From Candidatus Calescibacterium sp. (GTDB lineage Bacteria > Calescibacteriota > Calescibacteriia > Calescibacteriales > Calescibacteriaceae), in the NCBI GenBank assembly GCA_032249135.1, contig JAVVGL010000006.1:39879-103878 (forward strand): 64,000 bases of DNA, written 5' to 3'. Under the pieces are notes generated by a model. It was not told the DNA's origin. It did not search any database and saw nothing but the letters and a program-made list of their open reading frames with translations. Shown here piece by piece: positions 57,498 to 64,000 of the stretch (the stretch's first letter is position 1; each line of letters opens with the position of its first letter). The position numbers and the translations under genes are program-made.

Positions 57498-58541
57498 GTG
57501 AGGGATGAAGTAGAAAGGACCGAGCCCCCGACCCCGCATAAAATAGAGGAAGCAAGGGAGAGGGGATTTGTCCCAAAATCAAGGGAGATTGTTGGTCTTG
57601 CAATTTTGCTTTCCTTCTTCATATTTCTCTGGTTTGCAGGGAAAAAAATTATAGATGGATTTTCGGAAGGAATGAATATTATGGGAGCAAGTGAATTGAG
57701 CGGAGGAGTAATATCATTTGCGCTTGATATAATATGGAAAATAGCAATACCAATTTTCATAGTCGCAATAGTTGCAGCAATAATTGGGAATGTGATTCAA
57801 ACCGGATTTTTCTTCGCTCCAAAAGCTTTTGAACCAAAAATAGAAAAGTTCAGCCCAGCTCAAAACTTCTCAAGAATTTTCTCTCTTAGAAATTTCGTAG
57901 AGTTTGTCAAGTCAGCAGGAAAAGCTTTCATCGTTCTCGGGGTTTTGTTCTTATTCCTTTATATCAGCTACTCAAAGATAGATGAACTTTTTGGAATAGA
58001 TATATCTGATTCAATTTCAAAATCTGCATCTTTTATTGCAAAAATAGTCGGTATTATAATAGGATTTTTAGCCGTATTGTCAATTGCTGATTATATATGG
58101 CAAAGGTGGGATTGGTGGAAATCTCTTATGATGTCAAGAAGCGAGTTGAGAGAAGAAATGAGGAGATATGAGGGAGACCCAACGGTAAAAGGAAGAATAA
58201 GGAGGAGAATGTTTGAGATGGCAAGAATACGAATGATGGCAGAGGTTCCACGAGCAGATGTTGTGATAACTAACCCAACCCATATAGCGGTTGCAATAAA
58301 ATATGAAAGAGGAAAGATGAAAGCTCCACGAGTAGTTGCAAAAGGTATGAACTTTATAGCTCAAAAAATAGTTGAAATAGCCAAAGAAAATAACGTCCCT
58401 ATATATCAGGATCCTCCTCTTGCATGGACACTTTATAAATCAGTAAATGTTGGGGACTATATTCCAGAAAGTTTGTATAAGGCTGTGGCAAAGGTTCTCG
58501 CTTACGTCATAATGCTGAAACAAAAACAAAAAGCGCAATAA
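57498..58541 (+). CDS. flhB: Flagellar export protein FlhB
   Basis: RTEPPTP, V.KSRE, EGDP, autocleavage site TNPTH and APRVVAKG. Confidence 0.93.
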   Translation: MRDEVERTEPPTPHKIEEARERGFVPKSREIVGLAILLSFFIFLWFAGKKIIDGFSEGMNIMGASELSGGVISFALDIIWKIAIPIFIVAIVAAIIGNVIQTGFFFAPKAFEPKIEKFSPAQNFSRIFSLRNFVEFVKSAGKAFIVLGVLFLFLYISYSKIDELFGIDISDSISKSASFIAKIVGIIIGFLAVLSIADYIWQRWDWWKSLMMSRSELREEMRRYEGDPTVKGRIRRRMFEMARIRMMAEVPRADVVITNPTHIAVAIKYERGKMKAPRVVAKGMNFIAQKIVEIAKENNVPIYQDPPLAWTLYKSVNVGDYIPESLYKAVAKVLAYVIMLKQKQKAQ

Positions 58542-58557
58542 TAAAATAACCACAATT

Positions 58558-59337
58558 ATGCATAGCTCAGCAATACTTATAGGAACATCTGGTTTCAGTT
58601 ATGAGGATTGGCGCGGATACTTTTACCCTCAAAGGTTGAGTAAAGAAAATTTCCTCAAATTCTACTCACAACACTTCAGAACAACAGAAATAAACTCTAC
58701 ATATTATAGAATTCCGAGTATATGGACAGTTAGGAAGCTTATGGAGAAGGTAATCGGAAGAGATGATTTTGTTTTCTCGGTAAAAGCTAACCAGATTTTC
58801 ACACATCAAAGATATTTTGATCAAAGCGATGTTAGAAAAATGAAGGAAGTTCTCAAAGAATTTGACGGAAGACTCGGGATCGTGCTTTTTCAGTTCCCTC
58901 ATTCATTTCATAAAACAGAAGAATCAAAGGATTATGTGAAACATTTGAGAGATATTTTTTCAGATTTTGATGTGGCCTTTGAGTTCAGATCTTACGAGTG
59001 GTTTTCAGATGATGTATTTTATATGTTAGAAAATTTAGATGCAGGGTTTGTCTGTGTTGATGAACCAAAAATAAAGGGGCTATTGCCTCCCGTTGCTGTC
59101 GCCACTACAAAAAAATTCGCATATATAAGGTTTCATGGAAGAAATGCTCAAAAGTGGTATGAGCACGAAAAACCTGAGGAAAGATACGATTACCTTTATA
59201 CGAAAGATGAACTCAAAGAGTGGGCAGAAAAAATAAAAAAGCTATCAGTAGAGAAAATTTATATATATTTTAACAACCATCCAAGAGCACAAGCCGTATC
59301 AAATGCAAAAATGATGGAAGAATTATTATTAACCTGA
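58558..59337 (+). CDS. DUF72 (YecE-like) protein
   Basis: IGTSGFSY..W, EINSTYY, YIRFHGRN and YFNNH motifs. Confidence 0.9.
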   Translation: MHSSAILIGTSGFSYEDWRGYFYPQRLSKENFLKFYSQHFRTTEINSTYYRIPSIWTVRKLMEKVIGRDDFVFSVKANQIFTHQRYFDQSDVRKMKEVLKEFDGRLGIVLFQFPHSFHKTEESKDYVKHLRDIFSDFDVAFEFRSYEWFSDDVFYMLENLDAGFVCVDEPKIKGLLPPVAVATTKKFAYIRFHGRNAQKWYEHEKPEERYDYLYTKDELKEWAEKIKKLSVEKIYIYFNNHPRAQAVSNAKMMEELLLT

Positions 59338-59391
59338 AATCAGCTTCCAATTTTGAAATAAATCTTTCAGTTTTGAAATAATCTTTCAATT

Positions 59392-60723
59392 TCAGTATGC
59401 ACCTTTCCTTTTTATTATCACTGGTATAGTTTTGAGTATAATTATTAGATCAAGTAAAAAGGACCTATTTTTGACATATATCAAGTCATATTGGATATTC
59501 TTTTCAAGTGGAAGGTCTTTTCTTCCTAATATTTGCCATAAGCCTGTCATTCCTGGTTTGACTTTTAGCCTTTCCCTCTGCCATGGTTCATATTCGTCAA
59601 CAAGTTGAGGCATTTCCGGGCGAGGTCCAACAAGCGACATCTCTCCTTTCAAAACATTTATAAGCTGAGGAAGCTCATCTAAACTCCATTTTCGCAAAAA
59701 ATTTCCTACCCTCGTCACACGCGGATCGCCCGGGGACCTTGGTGATAGAGCAAATTTTGGTACGTCTTTGTACATCGTTCTGAACTTTATTATCTTGAAG
59801 ATTTTTCCATCCTTACCAACTCTCTCTTGAATAAAAAAAACTGGTCCTGGGGAATCAAGTTTTATGGCAATCGCAATAGCTATAAATACTGGAAATAAAA
59901 TTATAAGAAGCAAAAGAGATACTGTAAAATCAAAAGCTCTTTTTATCACATCATATAACGGATTTTTTGTTCCAACTCCTAATTCAACAAGTGGTAAGTT
60001 TCCAATATATTCAACGCTCATACCATATTTTACAGCCTCAAACCCAGATGATACTACAAAAAAAGCAATATCTGGCAAGTTTATTTTAGTTATTATGTTC
60101 ATAATAGCAGGAAGAGAAAGCTGTTCATCTGCGAATATTACCACATCAGCTTTTTCAGAATTTATAAGGGCTTCAAGTTGAGAAAGCGTTCCCTTTACTT
60201 CATAGTTATCTATCTTTTTGCCGACCAAATCTTTTGTTATTGATATAAGACCTACTATCTTATATTTTGCTGTATCCTCTAATTTCTGCATTATTCTTAT
60301 GCTAAGAGGACCTGTTCCAACTATTAAAGCTCTCTTGATTCCCTCTGATCCAAAGGCATAGTTTTTGAAAGTAAGGGCTATAAAACATATTGCCGAAAAA
60401 GTGAGAAGAACAGATCTTGCAAGGTGAAGCTCTCTTGCAATAAAAGCAAAACTCATGGAGATAAGGACACTAATCATCCACGCCTTAAATCCTCTCACAA
60501 CTTCACTTATCTCACGAGAACCATATTTCCTATAAACCCCGACATATAGCGCAGTAATGATCCAGAAAAACAGAATAAAAGGATATGCTATAACATAGTT
60601 TATGAATGGATTGATTTCATATCCGAATATAAAAGATAGGAAATCTCTTATATAATACGAACCAAACCAACTTATAGATATTATAAGTGCATCAGAAAGC
60701 AACTTTCTCAAATCTGTTCTCAT
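59392..60723 (-). CDS. Polyprenyl-phosphate sugar phosphotransferase (WcaJ/WbaP family)
   Basis: KRAFD, KFRTM, DPRVT, DELPQL..VLKGEMSLVGPRP and KPGMTGLWQ motifs. Confidence 0.93.
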   Translation of the reverse strand: MRTDLRKLLSDALIISISWFGSYYIRDFLSFIFGYEINPFINYVIAYPFILFFWIITALYVGVYRKYGSREISEVVRGFKAWMISVLISMSFAFIARELHLARSVLLTFSAICFIALTFKNYAFGSEGIKRALIVGTGPLSIRIMQKLEDTAKYKIVGLISITKDLVGKKIDNYEVKGTLSQLEALINSEKADVVIFADEQLSLPAIMNIITKINLPDIAFFVVSSGFEAVKYGMSVEYIGNLPLVELGVGTKNPLYDVIKRAFDFTVSLLLLIILFPVFIAIAIAIKLDSPGPVFFIQERVGKDGKIFKIIKFRTMYKDVPKFALSPRSPGDPRVTRVGNFLRKWSLDELPQLINVLKGEMSLVGPRPEMPQLVDEYEPWQRERLKVKPGMTGLWQILGRKDLPLEKNIQYDLIYVKNRSFLLDLIIILKTIPVIIKRKGAY

Positions 60724-60843
60724 TACTAGTGAATAATAAAAATAATTCCTTACTTTTCACATAAATGTTTCTCTTATTATAAAAAATTTTTATCATCTTT
60801 GGTTTATTTTTTATAGATTTATAAAATAAATAAAATAAATAGG

Positions 60844-61524
60844 ATGAATTTGCTTGCAATAAGACATGTTAAATCAGAACACCTTGGAATTATTGAAGAT
60901 TTTCTCAGAGAGAAAAACATAAGGTTTAGATATCTTGATGTTGCGGAGGAAAAACCAGATGAAAAATTAATAGAAAGATCAGATATTTTAGTAGTTCTTG
61001 GAGGATATATGGGAGTTTATGAAGCAGAAAAATATAAGTTTCTCAAAACCTCATTTGAAATTGTCGAGAGGTTTTTAGAGAAGAACAAAAAAATTCTGGG
61101 CATATGTCTTGGTTCGCAAATTTTAGCTCATGTTCTTGGTGAAAAAGTTTTTCCCGGAGGAAAGAAAGAAATAGGTTTTTATCCAATCTTTAAGGTAGGA
61201 GATGATGAACTATTCTCTGATTTTCCAAACAAATTTATCGCTTTTCACTGGCATGGAGATACATTTTACTTACCAAAAGGAGCAAAAAGAATTTTCTCAT
61301 CGGAACTTTACGAAAATCAAGGTTTTGTTTATCAGAAAGCCGTAGGTTTGCAATTTCACATTGAAGTAAATAAAGATATGGTATTTGATTGGGCAAAAAA
61401 TTCAGAGGATGAACTGAAAGAGGCTGGAGTAGATCCAAAGGATTGGGAGAGGGTAGGGGATAAAGTTTTTTCAGATATGAAACTTCTTTGCTTCAACTTC
61501 CTTGAAAAATTTATAAACTTATGA
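60844..61524 (+). CDS. Type 1 glutamine amidotransferase (GMP synthase-like)
   Basis: LGICLGSQ, WHGD and QFHIE motifs. Confidence 0.88.
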   Translation: MNLLAIRHVKSEHLGIIEDFLREKNIRFRYLDVAEEKPDEKLIERSDILVVLGGYMGVYEAEKYKFLKTSFEIVERFLEKNKKILGICLGSQILAHVLGEKVFPGGKKEIGFYPIFKVGDDELFSDFPNKFIAFHWHGDTFYLPKGAKRIFSSELYENQGFVYQKAVGLQFHIEVNKDMVFDWAKNSEDELKEAGVDPKDWERVGDKVFSDMKLLCFNFLEKFINL

Positions 61525-62848
61525 GCTTTCCTTCAAATTCATCTAAATCGTAGACTACTTTTCCCGCAACTATTGTTTTCTTTACTAAACCTTTGAGTTT
61601 CCAACCTATGTAAGGAGAATTTTTACCCTTTGAAAAAATTACCTTTTCTGATACAACAAATTCCTTATCTGGATCAAATATTACAATATCTCCCCATTTC
61701 CCTTCTCTTATTTCTCCGCAGTTCAAACCAAAAATTTTTGCGGGATTATAAGATATAAGTTCTGTAAGTTTAGAAAGAGAAATTATCTCCTCTGAAACGA
61801 GCTTAAAACAAAGTGGCAAAAAAATATCCGCACAAGAGAAACCAGGTGGAGCTGATGAAAAATCTTTCATTTTCTCAAAATCAGGATGAGGAGCGTGGTC
61901 AGAAGCTATGCAATCTATTATTCCCTCTTGTATAGCTTCTATTAGGCGAGCCCTATCTTTTTCCGAACGCAGAGGGGGATTTACTTTAAAATTCGCATTT
62001 GTAATATCAACATCATTTTCCGTCATAAGTATATGGTGTGGAGTTACATCACAAGTTATTTTTGCTTTAAGGCCGTATTTTACTATTTTTTCTTTTGCTA
62101 TTTTTATTATCTCAACAGAACCTGCTGTTGATATATGCGTGAAATGTATATGAGCATCTGTATGTAGAGCTAAAATTGTATCTCGTGCGACTATTATTTC
62201 CTCAGCAGCAGGAGAGCATGGGCTGATACCAAACTTTACTGTAAGTATTCCTTCATTAGCGTCCCCTGAAAGTTCTGGATCCTCCGGATGTTCAATAACC
62301 GGAAGGGAAAAATTTTTTGAATATTCAAGAGCTTTTCTCATAGCAAAGGAGGACTTTACAGCTCTTCCATCGTCTGTTACAGCTATTATTCCTTCTTTTT
62401 TCATAAGACCGTATTCTGCTATTTTTTCTCCTTTTCTTCCCTCAGTTGCACAACCGGTCGGGTAAAGTCTTGTTCTGCTTTTTTCATAAGCTTTTTTTAC
62501 AACAAAAGATACAATCTGTGGATTATCTATTGGTGGATTTGTGTTTGGCATCATAAATAAAGTTGTGATACCGCCATGAACTGCAGCAGAAGTCCCAGAT
62601 GAAATATCTTCTTCGTATGATTTCCCCGGTTCTCTTATGTGGAAATGAATATCTACGGCTCCCGGAATAACAATGAATCCAGAAGCATTTATTTGAACAT
62701 CAACATTTCTCTTTAAACCTTTTCCGAGCTCAGTTATAATTCCATCTTGTATGAGTATATCGCTTTCACGTTCTCCGTGTGCATCAACAATAGAAGCGTT
62801 CTTTATAAGAAGCGAACCTTTTCCGAAAGAGAAAAAACCCTCATGCAT
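61511..62848 (-). CDS. pyrC: Dihydroorotase
   Basis: DIHFHIREPG, MPNT, KVNPPLR and ASDHAPH motifs. Confidence 0.92.
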   Translation of the reverse strand: MHEGFFSFGKGSLLIKNASIVDAHGERESDILIQDGIITELGKGLKRNVDVQINASGFIVIPGAVDIHFHIREPGKSYEEDISSGTSAAVHGGITTLFMMPNTNPPIDNPQIVSFVVKKAYEKSRTRLYPTGCATEGRKGEKIAEYGLMKKEGIIAVTDDGRAVKSSFAMRKALEYSKNFSLPVIEHPEDPELSGDANEGILTVKFGISPCSPAAEEIIVARDTILALHTDAHIHFTHISTAGSVEIIKIAKEKIVKYGLKAKITCDVTPHHILMTENDVDITNANFKVNPPLRSEKDRARLIEAIQEGIIDCIASDHAPHPDFEKMKDFSSAPPGFSCADIFLPLCFKLVSEEIISLSKLTELISYNPAKIFGLNCGEIREGKWGDIVIFDPDKEFVVSEKVIFSKGKNSPYIGWKLKGLVKKTIVAGKVVYDLDEFEGKLISL

Positions 62849-62938
62849 TTGTGAAATTATATGTATTATTTTTCAGAAAAATGAGAGATTTTTTTAAATT
62901 TTGCGGAAGGGAAAAGAAAAATAAGATTTTGGATTTTT

Positions 62939-62966
62939 ACTTTACATAATGTCCCTTATCGGAACT
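62939..62966 (-). other. dif-like XerC/XerD recombination site
   Basis: Minus strand reads AGTTCCGATAA-GGGACA-TTATGTAAAGT: 11-6-11 layout with inner ATAA/TTAT inverted repeats; intergenic. Confidence 0.8.
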
Positions 62967-63047
62967 TTTATATTACATTATCTTCCCAAAAGCCCCCTCA
63001 AACCACAGAAATTTCTCATCATTCCTTGCCTTTCGTTAGAATTTATT

Positions 63048-63983
63048 TTACTCATTATATGTTACGCTCCTGAACCTACCCCCCCCGAGCGTTCCTAACT
63101 TCTCAACCTTTAAGGTCTCCAAAACACTTTGAAAAGAATCTACAATTGCTGCAATTTTTCTCACTAAATCTGATGCTTTTACTATTTCTCTTTCTATCTC
63201 TCTTATAACCTGTGATTGTTCTTCTGCTGCATTTGCAACTACTTCTGATGAACTTCCTACATTTTTTACATTACGAACTATTTCTGAAAAATATCCCAAA
63301 ACATCGTTCAAATCATTCTGTAAATCTTGCAGAAAATTTTTCAGGTCCTGTGTTTTGTTTTGAAGGTTTTCTATATCTTTTTTCAAGGTTGATATAGCCT
63401 TTGAAGATTCTCCTGTAAGTTGCCTTGTTCTTTCTGCAAGTTTTCTTATTTCTTGGGCAACCACTGCAAATCCTTTTCCTGCGTCCCCAGCTCTTGCAGC
63501 TTCTATTGCTGCATTCAAAGCTAAAAGATTTGTTTGGTCTGATATATCTTCTATCTGCTCTAAAACAGATTGAACAAAGCTTAAAGATTTGCTCAACTCT
63601 AAAATTGAGTTTGCCATACCTTCTATTACTTGTATCTGTGAAAGAATTTTCTGGATTTTCTTGCTAATTTCCAAATTGTGCAATTCCGCTTTCTCTGATA
63701 TTCCTTGAATAGATTCTCTGATTTCACTTATTCTTTTTGAAACTTCTTGTAGTGTTTGGGAAAACTCACTTACGCTGTTTGAAATATTAGCGTATGAAGA
63801 TAACTGCCGATTTACATTCCTTCTTAAAATCAAAATAGATTCTTCAAGCAAAAGTCTGACTACTTTGTATGCAAAAGCAAAACTTGAAGTTTCTTTGAGC
63901 TGTTTTAGAAGACCCAATGCTTTGCTTTTTAGCTCATATAAGTCTAACTTGTCTTTTTTCTTCCTGTTCAGAATACCGAACAT
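63048..63983 (-). CDS. Soluble (no TM) methyl-accepting chemotaxis protein
   Basis: [38 protein letters not shown] upstream; no hydrophobic helix. Confidence 0.88.
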   Translation of the reverse strand: MFGILNRKKKDKLDLYELKSKALGLLKQLKETSSFAFAYKVVRLLLEESILILRRNVNRQLSSYANISNSVSEFSQTLQEVSKRISEIRESIQGISEKAELHNLEISKKIQKILSQIQVIEGMANSILELSKSLSFVQSVLEQIEDISDQTNLLALNAAIEAARAGDAGKGFAVVAQEIRKLAERTRQLTGESSKAISTLKKDIENLQNKTQDLKNFLQDLQNDLNDVLGYFSEIVRNVKNVGSSSEVVANAAEEQSQVIREIEREIVKASDLVRKIAAIVDSFQSVLETLKVEKLGTLGGGRFRSVTYNE

Positions 63984-64000
63984 AATTTATGTCCCTCCTT

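Overview
AT-rich, gene-dense bacterial chromosome segment from a diderm (lpxK, GspD secretin), flagellated and chemotactic organism. K/E/I-rich proteins suggest a thermophile (inference). Most of the window is housekeeping genes in broken-up operons: accC, tilS, gltX, lipA, cobQ, rplS, ftsQAZ, rpoN, flhB, pyrC and three tRNAs. A clear 28-bp XerC/D dif-like site lies at 62939-62966. The standout is an accessory locus at about 7.3-29.8 kb, immediately downstream of a lone gspD. It encodes a PAP2 phosphatase, a geranylgeranyl-reductase-family flavoprotein, a UbiA prenyltransferase and a signal-peptide-bearing, single-domain class II terpene-cyclase-like protein with a DxDTT motif. It also encodes apparently catalytically dead paralogues of the cyclase and of UbiA, two tandem divergent Lgt proteins, and two giant Cys-rich secreted paralogues. 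The giant proteins look like BPI/LBP (TULIP) lipid-binding scaffolds ending in a shared G-[VI]-F-[GS]-C-S signal. This reads as a candidate extracytoplasmic isoprenoid-lipid synthesis, protein-anchoring and lipid-transfer system. Other notes: an RCC1 propeller inserted into a propeller lipoprotein, and an MCP gene broken by one in-frame TAA behind a 29-A tract. All family calls come from motif recognition by eye; no searches were run.
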